Positions 19,353-28,365 are shown, counted from the stretch's first letter. The stretch: DNA of 64,000 nucleotides from Parcubacteria group bacterium (GCA_016186325.1 JACPLW010000002.1:1485-65484), one strand, 5' to 3'. Numbers and translations are program-made. Notes: a model not told the origin generated them from the letters alone.

Positions 19353-19710
19353 AAATCAGTTAAGTGACCGCGTAATGAGGCGAGTTTATTTCATATGGTT
19401 TTCAAGGCGCGTTTTGCCTTATCTTGCGGCAGAAGCCATGTTGTTCTCGGCATTCCTTTATCTGATCGGCCAACAGGTTTACGTGGCCAAAGTTTTGGAA
19501 TATGCGACATCGGTATTGGCCTCAAATATAGCCCATCCGGCGACTTTTGCGTCTTTTGCTATAGACCTATTTATCAGAACCGGCATTGGCGTACAAATTT
19601 CAGTAATAGGCTCTTTAGCCATGGTTTTCTTTCTCTTTAGAAACTTAATCAGCTCCACGTTCCAACTAATGGCGGCAAAAGAAACCAAATTGAATAATCA
19701 GATGTTATAG
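19330..19710 (+). CDS. membrane protein, putative anti-sigma factor
   Basis: 126 aa; three hydrophobic helices; immediately follows and overlaps the sigma factor gene. Confidence 0.4.
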   Translation: MKTDIKYKNQLSDRVMRRVYFIWFSRRVLPYLAAEAMLFSAFLYLIGQQVYVAKVLEYATSVLASNIAHPATFASFAIDLFIRTGIGVQISVIGSLAMVFFLFRNLISSTFQLMAAKETKLNNQML

Positions 19711-19740
19711 AGTAGTAAAGGTCGTTTTTACAAAAATATT

Positions 19741-19780
19741 AAACAAACCAGTCCCGCATATGCGGGACTGGTTTGTTTTT
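19741..19780. terminator. perfect 19-bp-arm palindrome, bidirectional terminator
   Basis: AAACAAACCAGTCCCGCATATGCGGGACTGGTTTGTTT followed by TTTTT. Confidence 0.65.
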
Positions 19781-19795
19781 TCACTATAAATTTTA

Positions 19796-19866
19796 AGCGG
19801 GTAGGGGGAATCGAACCCCCGTCATTAGCTTGGAAAGCTAAGGTAATTCCATTATACGATACCCGC
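19796..19866 (-). tRNA. tRNA-Gly (anticodon UCC)
   Basis: Minus-strand cloverleaf; acceptor GCGGGTA/TACCCGC; anticodon loop TTTCCAA; T-arm GGGGG TTCGATT CCCCC. Confidence 0.75.
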
Positions 19867-19921
19867 CTTCGTCCCGCCTCGGCGGGACTTCGGCGGGGCA
19901 AGCCCGCCAAAACTAAAGCCA

Positions 19922-20194
19922 TTATCTTACCGCTTCTTTTAAGTTTTTTCCGGCGCGGAACTTTGGAACTTTTACCGCCGCAATCTGAATTTTTTCTCCG
20001 GTGCGGGGATTAACTCCAACCCGGGCCTTTCTTGATGAAACGCTAAAAGCGCCGAAACCGGTTAAAGAAACTTCTTCGCCTCTAGAAAGCGAGGATGTAA
20101 TTTCATCCAATGTAGCGTCTATAGCTCTTTCGGCTTCAGCTTTAGTAGAGCCGAGTTTTGCCGCTACCATATCAACTAATTTATCTTTGTTCAT
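19922..20194 (-). CDS. hup: DNA-binding protein HU
   Basis: 90 aa; GFGAF..RKAR.GRNP.TGE beta-arm signature. Confidence 0.9.
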   Translation of the reverse strand: MNKDKLVDMVAAKLGSTKAEAERAIDATLDEITSSLSRGEEVSLTGFGAFSVSSRKARVGVNPRTGEKIQIAAVKVPKFRAGKNLKEAVR

Positions 20195-20233
20195 ATGATT
20201 CTTTTAATAATACTATTTTAGATTTTATAATTT

Positions 20234-21757
20234 TTACCGAGCATACTCAATAGCTCTCGTTTCTCTAATAACGTTAACTTTAATTTCGCCCGGGTATTTC
20301 AGTTCGCTTTCAATTCTTTTGGCAATTTCCTTCGCCAATTGAAGCGCTTTCAAATCATCAATAGTCTGCGGAGCAACGAAAACCCTGATTTCCCGGCCGG
20401 CAGAAATGGCGTATGATTTTTCAACGCCTTCAAAAGAGTTAACAATACCCTCGAGTTCGGTAAGCCGCTTGACATAGTTTTCAATCGTATCGCGCCGCGC
20501 GCCGGGCCGGCCTCCGGAAATGCCGTCGGCGGCAGTTACGATATACGATTCAAGAGTAGAAAAAGGATAATCCTCATGATGCGACTCCATTCCTCTAATA
20601 ACGGCCTCATCAACGCCGTATTTTTTAAGAATTTTTCTTCCCAATTCAACATGGGTACCCTCAATTTCATGGTCAACCGCCTTGCCGATATCGTGGAGCA
20701 AGGCCGCTTTTTTAGAAATCTCAACATTGGCGCCGAGCTCCTTTGCCATCATTCCGGAGATATGAGCCATTTCAATTGAGTGAATAAGAACATTTTGACC
20801 GTAGCTGGTGCGAAACGCCAAACGGCCTAAAAGTACAACAATTTCTTTCGGCAAGCCTAAAATGCCGACCTCGTAAGCCGCGGCCTCACCTGCTTCCACC
20901 AATTTTTTGTTTACCTCTTTTTTTGCTTCTTCAACTTTTTCTTCAATTCTGGCCGGTTGAATCCGTCCGTCGCTCATCAGCTTTATTAAAGCGGTTTTAG
21001 CAATCTCCCGCCTTAACGGATCAAATGAAGAAAGAGTTATAGCTCCGGGCGTTTCATCAACTATTACTTCCACGCCGGTTAATCTTTCAAGCGTGCGGAT
21101 ATTGCGGCCTTCTTTTCCGATAATCCGACCCTTTAAATCGTCTGACGGAAGGTTAACAGTAGAAGTAGTAATTTCGCTAACGTGAGAGCGGGCGTATCTT
21201 TGAACCGCCACAGTCATAATTTCCCGCGCCCTTTTTTCCAACTCTTCAATTCGGTTTTTTTCCATTTTGGAAATAGCCGCAACAAGATCGGTTTTAGAAT
21301 CTTCTTCTACTTTTTTAAATAAACTGTTCTTCGCTTCTTCGCCCGACATTCCGGCAACATGTTCAAGCATTTCTTCGCTTTTTGCTTTGAAAACCTCGGC
21401 TTCTTGCTTGATGGTTTTAACCGCGTTAACCTGGCCTTCAATGTCCGCCTTCAAGTTTTCGAGCTCGCTTTCTTTCTGATCAATTTTTCTAATTTGAGAG
21501 TTTAATCGCTCTTCTTGGCGCGTTAAAACCGCGAGTTTTTCCCGCTCTTGATTTTTCGCGTCTTCAAAAATTTTTACTGCCTGGTCTTTTGCTTGAAGCA
21601 AAAGTTCTTTGCTTTTGGTTTTTGCTTCTTCAAGCTGGTTCTTGATCTTAGTTTCTGCCGAATTTAAACTTCTTGTAGCAAAAATCTGGCGAGTAAGATA
21701 GCCCAAAGCCGCACCCAATGCCAAGGCCAGGGCGCCGATTATAAAATAGAAGGTCAT
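20234..21757 (-). CDS. rny: ribonuclease Y
   Basis: 507 aa; N-terminal TM; coiled coil; KH domain (IIGKEGRNIR); HD domain (LLHDIGK...HH). Confidence 0.9.
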   Translation of the reverse strand: MTFYFIIGALALALGAALGYLTRQIFATRSLNSAETKIKNQLEEAKTKSKELLLQAKDQAVKIFEDAKNQEREKLAVLTRQEERLNSQIRKIDQKESELENLKADIEGQVNAVKTIKQEAEVFKAKSEEMLEHVAGMSGEEAKNSLFKKVEEDSKTDLVAAISKMEKNRIEELEKRAREIMTVAVQRYARSHVSEITTSTVNLPSDDLKGRIIGKEGRNIRTLERLTGVEVIVDETPGAITLSSFDPLRREIAKTALIKLMSDGRIQPARIEEKVEEAKKEVNKKLVEAGEAAAYEVGILGLPKEIVVLLGRLAFRTSYGQNVLIHSIEMAHISGMMAKELGANVEISKKAALLHDIGKAVDHEIEGTHVELGRKILKKYGVDEAVIRGMESHHEDYPFSTLESYIVTAADGISGGRPGARRDTIENYVKRLTELEGIVNSFEGVEKSYAISAGREIRVFVAPQTIDDLKALQLAKEIAKRIESELKYPGEIKVNVIRETRAIEYAR

Positions 21758-21960
21758 ATTGATATTTTCCTAAAATCTTTAAAGTCATTTTAGTACTTGT
21801 ACATGATAACAAAAATAAATATTTTTGTCAAAGGTGTTTATTTATGAAAAATTTGATTTAAAAAAAACCGCTTAATGACCAAGCGGAACTATTTTTATAA
21901 TTAGTTTTTTCTTTCTTTTAACGTTCTGCCGATTTTATATTCCGTCCCTATCTTTCTCTT

Positions 21961-22245
21961 TCATGCGCTGTCTCCTGTACGAAACAAATGACGAAATGGT
22001 TCAAGATATTTCTTAGAAATCTTCTTATCCCTGACTAGGGTCATAAGATCTCGGTTTTCCTTTGGATCTTTGTGATGAGCGGTAATAGTTGCGCCTTGTG
22101 TCTGTTCAAATAGTATCCACATATAGGTGCGGAGGGCATCGCTTATAACTTCAACGTTCTTTCGTCTTGTAATCTTAGTAAATTCTCTAATTGCATCAAC
22201 GGCTTTACCTGTAACTTCAATAGTTAATTTCTTTTTCTTTGCCAT
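21961..22245 (-). CDS. hypothetical protein (possible RHH/antitoxin-like)
   Basis: 94 aa from ATG 22245 (MAKKKKLTIEV); SD GGAGACAGAA; preceded by ~150-bp repeat copy 1. Confidence 0.45.
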   Translation of the reverse strand: MAKKKKLTIEVTGKAVDAIREFTKITRRKNVEVISDALRTYMWILFEQTQGATITAHHKDPKENRDLMTLVRDKKISKKYLEPFRHLFRTGDSA

Positions 22246-22295
22246 TTCTGTCTCCATTATCATTTGATTTAGTTTTTAAATAACAAACTTCGTTT

Positions 22296-22443
22296 AAAAC
22301 AAAAATAGCACCTGGTGCTATTTTTGTAAAGTGAGCGGGCCGCCTCGTCCGCCAACAAGGTTGGCGAGACGAGCGAGACATTGCACGCCCCTCCTTCGCC
22401 CCGCTTTGCGGGGCTTCGGACGGGCAAGCGTTAGAACTTGTTT
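22296..22443 (-). repeat. ~150-bp promoter-bearing repeat, copy 1 (family G)
   Basis: About 95 percent identical to 24361-24509; contains terminator-like hairpin AAAAATAGCACCWGGTGCTATTTTT, -35-like TTTACA and the GTGCAATGTC motif. Confidence 0.7.
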
Positions 22444-22506
22444 GGCGGGTGTAGTAAATGATTGGTTTGTGCCAAGTTTCAAATAAAAAATAGCCGCAGA
22501 GCGGCT

Positions 22507-22983
22507 TTATTTCTGATACCTCACAATATCTATACCCAAATCGATTGGGCCGAAAGCAAGGGGCAGAAGTTCCCTAATAGTAGTGAGAACAATTAACTCT
22601 TTCTTGGTGGTTGAAAGAACAATCTGTAAATCACAACCGGATATTTGGGATATTTCGTAAAGCACTTGTCTGCAACTTCCACAGGGTCCTGTAACCTCGG
22701 TCGTATCAAAGTTCTCACCACGAGCAATGACGGCAATGCCTATGAATTTTCGTATTCCCATTGCATTCGCCCTAAGTACCGCCGAGCGTTCTGCACAAAT
22801 TGTTGAACCATAAGCGGCGTTTTCAAAATTCGTTCCTGATATTAATTGTCCATCTTGTGCAATGAGCGTTGCCCCAACATAGAAGTGAGAATAAGGATTA
22901 TATGAATTTTTGAGAACTTCCAATGCTGAATTTAATGCTTCTCGTTGTAGTTGACTCAACAATTCATATTTTACTGTCTGCAT
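22507..22983 (-). CDS. cdd: cytidine deaminase
   Basis: Zinc motifs CAERSAV and PCGSCRQ; SD GTGGAGG before ATG 22983 (the ORF track starts at an upstream GTG). Confidence 0.8.
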   Translation of the reverse strand: MQTVKYELLSQLQREALNSALEVLKNSYNPYSHFYVGATLIAQDGQLISGTNFENAAYGSTICAERSAVLRANAMGIRKFIGIAVIARGENFDTTEVTGPCGSCRQVLYEISQISGCDLQIVLSTTKKELIVLTTIRELLPLAFGPIDLGIDIVRYQK

Positions 22984-23086
22984 TTTTGCCTCCACTATTA
23001 CTGCAGCATGAATGTGTCAACTGTAAATTGTATAACATATTTATTTTTTTGCAAGCAGTTTAAAATTTCCTTTCATCACTCGTAAC

Positions 23087-23118
23087 CGCAACAAAAACAA
23101 CCGCGCAATTGCGCGGTT
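23087..23118. terminator. perfect 32-bp palindrome, terminator-like
   Basis: AAAAACAACCGCGCAATTGCGCGGTTGTTTTT. Confidence 0.55.
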
Positions 23119-23174
23119 GTTTTTATAACAAGCAGGACATTGCACGCTTGCCCACATTGTTTATTTTTGTGAAA

Positions 23175-23205
23175 TGAGAAAACCGCATGGCGTACCATGC
23201 GGCTT
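23175..23205 (-). terminator. intrinsic terminator, second of a tandem pair after gene 23246-23830
   Basis: Minus strand GCCGCATGGTACGCCATGCGG followed by TTTTCTC. Confidence 0.55.
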
Positions 23206-23230
23206 CTCGGTGAACGTTGTTACCGAGTTG

Positions 23231-23252
23231 TTTCTACTGCGACGGCTAGTTA
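23231..23252 (-). terminator. hairpin at the stop codon of gene 23246-23830
   Basis: GCGACGGCTAGTTAGCCGTCG, 10-bp stem. Confidence 0.45.
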
Positions 23253-23830
23253 GCCGTCGATATCTTCATCCGTACCGTAGGTCGGTGGATGAAAAGAAGG
23301 TACATCATCATGGTGTTGCCAGTCAGGAATCCGACCGGCTGGATCAAGTGCTCCCAGTTAAGCGTTGGGATTGCGAGCATCGCGGGGATACAAGAAGCCC
23401 AGAAGAAGCACCAGCCTGCACGAGACTCATCCTGTGGCCTGTACCATATATTCACGAAAGTCGGGATTGTTCCGACCAATCCCGTGACTTGCGCCGCCAA
23501 CATTCCAAGAATGGGGCTGTCAAAAATCCCCCAGAGCGCGATGCCGACCAGCGCGCCTACGAGCGACCACGTGTCCACTCGCGTCCATCCTGACTTGCCG
23601 TACTTGAGCGACAGTAGGAAGACGAGACACGCTCCGGTGATCGCTCCGACAATTTGTCCATTCACTGCATCCTTCACATACATCCCCGCGAAGGTGATAC
23701 CGTCTATGACCAACCAGATCAACCACGAGGCTTTCATTGGTTGGGTCTGCCGCTTGATTATTGCGGCAACGTAGGGCACGAACCCTAGTAAGAAGATGAC
23801 TCCAGAGAGCTGTGACAGAAACGTCCGCAT
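23246..23830 (-). CDS. polytopic membrane protein (GC-rich, hypothetical)
   Basis: 194 aa; 5-6 hydrophobic helices; SD GGAGGTG before ATG; visibly GC-richer than the flanks. Confidence 0.55.
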   Translation of the reverse strand: MRTFLSQLSGVIFLLGFVPYVAAIIKRQTQPMKASWLIWLVIDGITFAGMYVKDAVNGQIVGAITGACLVFLLSLKYGKSGWTRVDTWSLVGALVGIALWGIFDSPILGMLAAQVTGLVGTIPTFVNIWYRPQDESRAGWCFFWASCIPAMLAIPTLNWEHLIQPVGFLTGNTMMMYLLFIHRPTVRMKISTAN

Positions 23831-23964
23831 TGCGCACCTCCATTTTGTCTGTGAGTGTTTGGGGATTTAATAAGTATGATCTCTGCGACACAATAAAGCT
23901 CAGGATTTCTTCAGCTCAATTGTGTCGCAGGGATGAATTTAAAGATCCAATATTGATACATGCA

Positions 23965-23994
23965 ATTATACCATATAAACTTGATGCTTGTCAA
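23965..23994 (-). promoter_or_regulatory. consensus sigma70 promoter (TTGACA-18-TATAAT) for membrane protein gene
   Basis: Minus strand reads TTGACAagcatcaagtttatatggTATAAT, immediately preceded by CGTGCAATGTCCCGCTCA; the leader holds a 12-bp inverted repeat CTGCGACACAAT/ATTGTGTCGCAG. Confidence 0.6.
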
Positions 23995-24101
23995 ATGAGC
24001 GGGACATTGCACGACGTTAGAACCTGTTTTGAGCAAAATAAAACTGCCCTGGTCTATGCCTTGTCGACAGTTGTTATGATAAAGTGATGGACAGAGTAGT
24101 A

Positions 24102-24320
24102 TTATCGATAATCTCGATTACCGGGTGGTTCTAAAATTAAGACACTGTTCTCGGAAATGTTTAATTCTTTAAGCTTTGGTTTCAAGCCACCGTAGTTGTC
24201 TTTTTCGTATTGCTCATCTAGAAGCCTTTTTGCTTCCAGCTCATCATTAGCAGTTATCAAGAGCACTTGAGGTGTGCTGTAGAAGTCTCTTTCACAGTAA
24301 AATACGCACTTGTTGGCCAT
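24102..24320 (-). CDS. hypothetical small protein
   Basis: 72-aa ORF; ~150-bp repeat copy 2 lies upstream. Confidence 0.4.
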   Translation of the reverse strand: MANKCVFYCERDFYSTPQVLLITANDELEAKRLLDEQYEKDNYGGLKPKLKELNISENSVLILEPPGNRDYR

Positions 24321-24360
24321 TTTTCTTCCCCTTGTCTCTTAACTTTTAAGATTAAAGAAC

Positions 24361-24509
24361 AAAACAAAAATAGCACCAGGTGCTATTTTTGTAAAGTGAG
24401 CGGGCCGCCTCGTCCGCCAACAAGGTTGGCGAGACGAGCGAGACACTGCACAACCCTCCTTCGCCCCGCTTTGCGGGGCTTCGGACGGACAAGCGTTAGA
24501 ACCTGTTTT
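24361..24509 (-). repeat. ~150-bp promoter-bearing repeat, copy 2 (family G)
   Basis: See copy 1; a partial copy lacking two internal hairpin modules lies at 23996-24045. Confidence 0.7.
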
Positions 24510-24616
24510 GAATAAAAGATTCAAAATACTTGGCATTCGCTACAGCGATTTAGTTACCCTATCGTGTATTGCACTATTTTTTTCGCCGTGATACAAAATA
24601 CCGTCAGGAGGCGAAA

Positions 24617-24946
24617 ATGGCCAAGGCGCATCTAAGTTCAATCTCTGTAACTATGCCAGACGGCGACATCCTAGTTTGTAGTATTAACTGCGGCGAACTC
24701 GTAGACGGGTTGAAGCTCATGTCCTCTCCGTCCGTGCGAGAAGTCCGCTTCAGCATAGTGGACGAAGAAGGAAGAGACGGAACTCTTCTTTTCGTTAAGG
24801 ATAGTCAACGAGCAATAGCGGTCTACGCGATTCCTATGGCTTTGCAAGATCCGAAGGTCTATTACGACAACCTTGCGACCCGAGCTAAAGCCGCTGCGAT
24901 GGGAGGAGTGATGGGCTGTCTCGAAGAGTTACGTGGAGATGATTGA
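24617..24946 (+). CDS. hypothetical protein
   Basis: 109 aa from ATG 24617 with SD CAGGAGGCG (the ORF track starts further upstream). Confidence 0.45.
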   Translation: MAKAHLSSISVTMPDGDILVCSINCGELVDGLKLMSSPSVREVRFSIVDEEGRDGTLLFVKDSQRAIAVYAIPMALQDPKVYYDNLATRAKAAAMGGVMGCLEELRGDD

Positions 24947-25056
24947 CGCATACGACGACCAAAGAGTATCTCGGCCGTCTTTTTACTTAGCGGTTAGATT
25001 TCTACCTACTTTTAATTCAGAACACCATATTATGTGCAGCACTCTGACGGCAAGCG

Positions 25057-25092
25057 GGTGAGCAGAATCGAACTGCCGTTAATCTTTTTAAG
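25057..25092 (-). other. tRNA 3'-end-like fragment (T-arm plus acceptor, resembles tRNA-Gly 3' end)
   Basis: Reverse complement GGCAG TTCGATT CTGCT CACCCGC T; no matching 5' half nearby. Confidence 0.4.
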
Positions 25093-25162
25093 ATAACGGG
25101 CTATCCACAAGACAAAACCGAACCATTGTGATATTATTTATAGGTGGTAACAACACGTCATT

Positions 25163-25834
25163 ATGCGTAATGATAAGCATATTGCTATAAAATTAAGAAA
25201 GCAAGGGAAAAGTTACAGTAAGATAAGCAAAGAGTTGAACGTGCCTAAAAGCACGTTGTCTGCTTGGCTTTCGGATATAAATTGGTCTAGGTTTATAAAA
25301 ATTGGTCTTACGAGAAGAGCTAATTATATTGCTAGAAAACGATTACGATCATACAATAAAAAACAGAAAATATTTTGGGAAGCGTGGCGAGCACAGGCAA
25401 GACAACAAGCTCGCAGTAGCTTTCCGAAACTTAAGTCAAATCCTCTCTTTATATCAGGAATAATGATTTATTGGGGCGAAGGTGATAGTAAAATAGAAAA
25501 TTCCAACGTCAGGATATCAAACACTAATCCAGATATGATCAGGGTTTTTAATTTATTTTTGCGGATAATTTGTAAGGTCCCAAAAGAAAAAATAAAAATG
25601 GCAATGATTTTATACCCTGATCTCAATGAAATCAAATGTAAAAATTTTTGGAGTAAGACTTCTGGTGTGCCTAAGGGTCAATTTATAAAAACTCAATTTA
25701 TCAGGGGTAAACATCCTACCAAAAGATTGACTCACGGAATTGCTTTAGTATACTACCCTAGTAGAGAACTAAAAGAAAAAATATTCGTCTGGATTGAGCT
25801 TTTCCACAAACAATTTCCGCTCATGCGGGTGTAG
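25163..25834 (+). CDS. HTH-domain protein, possible LAGLIDADG-like nuclease; paralog of 31894-32562
   Basis: N-terminal HTH LRKQGKSYSKISKELNVPKSTLSAWL; central IMIYWGEGDSK resembles a LAGLIDADG-type motif; 3' end overlaps tRNA-Gly. Confidence 0.5.
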   Translation: MRNDKHIAIKLRKQGKSYSKISKELNVPKSTLSAWLSDINWSRFIKIGLTRRANYIARKRLRSYNKKQKIFWEAWRAQARQQARSSFPKLKSNPLFISGIMIYWGEGDSKIENSNVRISNTNPDMIRVFNLFLRIICKVPKEKIKMAMILYPDLNEIKCKNFWSKTSGVPKGQFIKTQFIRGKHPTKRLTHGIALVYYPSRELKEKIFVWIELFHKQFPLMRV

Positions 25835-25898
25835 CACAATGGTAGTGCGCTTGGTTGCCAATCAAGATACGTGGGTTCGATTCCCATCACCCGCTCCA
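25825..25898 (+). tRNA. tRNA-Gly (anticodon GCC)
   Basis: Acceptor GCGGGTG/CACCCGC; anticodon loop TTGCCAA; T-loop TTCGATT; CCA encoded. Confidence 0.8.
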
Positions 25899-25905
25899 TA
25901 ACACA

Positions 25906-25930
25906 AAAAGCCCTGTAAATGGGCTTTTTG
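25906..25930 (+). terminator. intrinsic terminator
   Basis: AAAAAGCCCTGTAAATGGGCTTTTT. Confidence 0.65.
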
Positions 25931-26025
25931 TGTTGACCCACTTACCCATTGCCAAAAGATATTTTTTGCGTTATTATGATAGCACATAACGATAGTGGAT
26001 AAGTTGTTATTAATTTTACCTAATT

Positions 26026-26808
26026 ATGCGCACAAAAATAAGAAAAATCACTCAAATTTTGGCTTTATCGGGCCTTTTTGCCGTATTTAGCTTTATCGGT
26101 TTAAAGTTCGCCGTGGCCCAAGAATTGCCGATGACAACCGCCGCCGACAAAGTTCCGTCTCTTAAAATTTTGCCGGCCGGCTTTTATCAATTTAACAATT
26201 TAAACATTTTAAAAGGACCCACTTTGGATGAGCCGCCGGCGACCATAGAAGCCATTCAAAAAAATGAAGATTCCTGCGTCGTTTATGAAAACGGTAAAAC
26301 CGACCGTCCTTTACCATGTGTCTTTAATAGCGAAGCGAGCAATAACTTTATAATTCAGATAGATGAAAGAACGACACTTCTTGGCAGTAATCAAGAGCCG
26401 GCGCTTTTAAGCGATTTTGCGGCCGGCGATCATGTTAATGTTTTGGGTTGGCTATTGGCTGATTCAAAAACCATCCGGGCGGCTGTTTTAAGAAGTTTAG
26501 AACAGAATAAAGATTTTCATCAGTCATTTTCGGGAACTATAAAAAAAGTTGACGCCAACGGCTTTATAATAACTCTTGATAATGGCGATGAAATTTCGGT
26601 ACAAACCCCGATTGTTGAAGGAGCGCAAGTTACAGTAAAGGGCGTTTTTGATAAAGTTAATATGGCAGTAAGCAATGTTTTATCGATGGCTTTCAGGTCG
26701 AATATAGTATTGGAAGCTCCCGCGGAAAAACCGGGGGTAGAAAAACCGGCGCCGGCCGCCAAGCCCTCTATTTTGTTTAAGAATTTCCTCAAAGTTTTCG
26801 GATTGTAA
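26026..26808 (+). CDS. secreted hypothetical protein
   Basis: 260 aa; N-terminal signal peptide (LALSGLFAVFSFIGLKFAVA). Confidence 0.55.
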   Translation: MRTKIRKITQILALSGLFAVFSFIGLKFAVAQELPMTTAADKVPSLKILPAGFYQFNNLNILKGPTLDEPPATIEAIQKNEDSCVVYENGKTDRPLPCVFNSEASNNFIIQIDERTTLLGSNQEPALLSDFAAGDHVNVLGWLLADSKTIRAAVLRSLEQNKDFHQSFSGTIKKVDANGFIITLDNGDEISVQTPIVEGAQVTVKGVFDKVNMAVSNVLSMAFRSNIVLEAPAEKPGVEKPAPAAKPSILFKNFLKVFGL

Positions 26809-26834
26809 ATTACAATTAAACCAATTAAAAAAAT

Positions 26835-27056
26835 ATGAAAAAAGAAAAACTTATAAAAACTTACGATGGTAAAGATTATTGTTTTGGAGGCCTTGGATGC
26901 CCAATTGTTGAGTTTTCGCCGGGTAAAAAAATTGTTAAGTTAAGCGACCCGGAAAAACCGCAAAACGGGCAATTTACTATGGGGGCGGTAGAGTACAACT
27001 TATTAATTAAAAACGCCAAAAAAGTTAAGGAAAAGACAGTCAAAATTTTGAAGTAA
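26835..27056 (+). CDS. small hypothetical protein
   Basis: 73-aa ORF; SD-like AAAAATATG context. Confidence 0.4.
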   Translation: MKKEKLIKTYDGKDYCFGGLGCPIVEFSPGKKIVKLSDPEKPQNGQFTMGAVEYNLLIKNAKKVKEKTVKILK

Positions 27057-27057
27057 C

Positions 27058-27087
27058 AACCCCGCTCCGCAGTTGCGGGGCGGGGTT
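27058..27087 (+). terminator. intrinsic terminator (family A, 13-bp stem)
   Basis: AACCCCGCTCCGC-AGTT-GCGGGGCGGGGTT followed by GTTTTA. Confidence 0.7.
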
Positions 27088-27128
27088 GTTTTAAAGTTTA
27101 CACTGAGCGAGTAAAACGAGTCGAAGTG

Positions 27129-27199
27129 TGCCGCGGGGCAGAATCGAACTGCCTTCAGATGCTCTTCAGGCACCTGCTTTACCATTAAGCTACCGCGGC
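27129..27199 (-). tRNA. tRNA-Phe (anticodon GAA)
   Basis: Minus-strand cloverleaf; acceptor GCCGCGG/CCGCGGC; anticodon loop CTGAAGA; T-arm GGCAG TTCGATT CTGCC. Confidence 0.75.
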
Positions 27200-27246
27200 C
27201 TATTTTGGTTATTTTATCGTGTTTTCTATTCAAAAACAAGGCGTTT

Positions 27247-27732
27247 TTAGAGATCTCGTTTCAGCTTAGGATTCCACAGCGTCAATTCGATTTTTCTTTT
27301 CCCTCCGAATGTAAAGTGATGCCGGGCAGGGTAACCTGATTTAGACGTGTTACTTATTGCCTTATTACCACCTATATAGAAACCGATATGTTTATGCGCA
27401 TTACCATTTCTAAAATCTGTTTTTTCCCATACTATTACACTTCCGATTTCGGGTTTTTTTATTTCTTTCCATCCGGATTTTTTTAAATCCTTAACGGTAG
27501 AATCAACGGTCGCGTGCCCTTCTTTAATAAACCTAAACAACAGTAAAATTGACGAAACATAAAACGCGCATGAAAGTTCGCCGTTTCTCGTAATATCGGT
27601 TTTTTTGCCATTTACTTTTGCGTATAAATTACGAAACAGCTTAGAACCGACACTGTTTTTAATAACAGCAATATACGTGTCGAAAATAATTAGAATTACT
27701 TTTTGTTTTTTTGCTGAAGTCGCCGAATTCAT
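27247..27732 (-). CDS. putative papain-like (NlpC/P60 or CHAP-like) cysteine amidase
   Basis: 161 aa; candidate Cys (GELSCAFYVSS) and His (HIGFYIG) catalytic residues. Confidence 0.35.
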   Translation of the reverse strand: MNSATSAKKQKVILIIFDTYIAVIKNSVGSKLFRNLYAKVNGKKTDITRNGELSCAFYVSSILLLFRFIKEGHATVDSTVKDLKKSGWKEIKKPEIGSVIVWEKTDFRNGNAHKHIGFYIGGNKAISNTSKSGYPARHHFTFGGKRKIELTLWNPKLKRDL

Positions 27733-28319
27733 CGCTTCTCGTATTCTTTGTGCACTTTGCCGGATTTTTTAATTGACGGCGTGAGCGCTATTTTATCTTC
27801 GTCCCATTTGGCGGGGCAAACTTTTCCCGGATTTTTAGAAACGAACTCAAGCGCCTTGAGCTTGCGGAGCGTTTCAACAGCGCTTCGCCCGATCGAATCG
27901 GAAACAATGTCAACGGCGCGCAGTATGCCCCCTGGGTCAATAATAAAAGTTGCCCGCTCTGCCATGCCATTTTCTTCGCTATAAATGCCTAATTCTTTAG
28001 AAAAATTTCCATTATGGTCTGACGCGAGCGGATATTTAATTCCGGACAGCAGTTTTTCAATTTCCAGCCAAGCCTTGTGGGTATAAACCGTGTCGGTGCT
28101 CACTGCCACGATTTCAGCTTTGAGCTTTTTAAATTCGGGGTAAAGATGATTTAAATCGGCAAGTTCGGTCGGGCAAACAAAAGTAAAGTCCGCCGGATAG
28201 AACAAAATAACCGTCCATTTGCCGGCAAGGTCTTTTGAAGCGAGCCGCCCGACTTCGTCTTTAAGAGGCCAATAAACCTCCAAAGAGAAGTGGGGAAATT
28301 TTTTATCAATTTGAAACAT
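27729..28319 (-). CDS. peroxiredoxin (AhpC/TSA family)
   Basis: FTFVCPTE peroxidatic Cys motif; likely start at MFQIDKK (28319) rather than the ORF-track start, which would overlap the upstream gene. Confidence 0.85.
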   Translation of the reverse strand: MFQIDKKFPHFSLEVYWPLKDEVGRLASKDLAGKWTVILFYPADFTFVCPTELADLNHLYPEFKKLKAEIVAVSTDTVYTHKAWLEIEKLLSGIKYPLASDHNGNFSKELGIYSEENGMAERATFIIDPGGILRAVDIVSDSIGRSAVETLRKLKALEFVSKNPGKVCPAKWDEDKIALTPSIKKSGKVHKEYEKR

Positions 28320-28365
28320 AATTTTATATATTTTAATTTTACCAGAAAATCGTTGAAATGAAATA

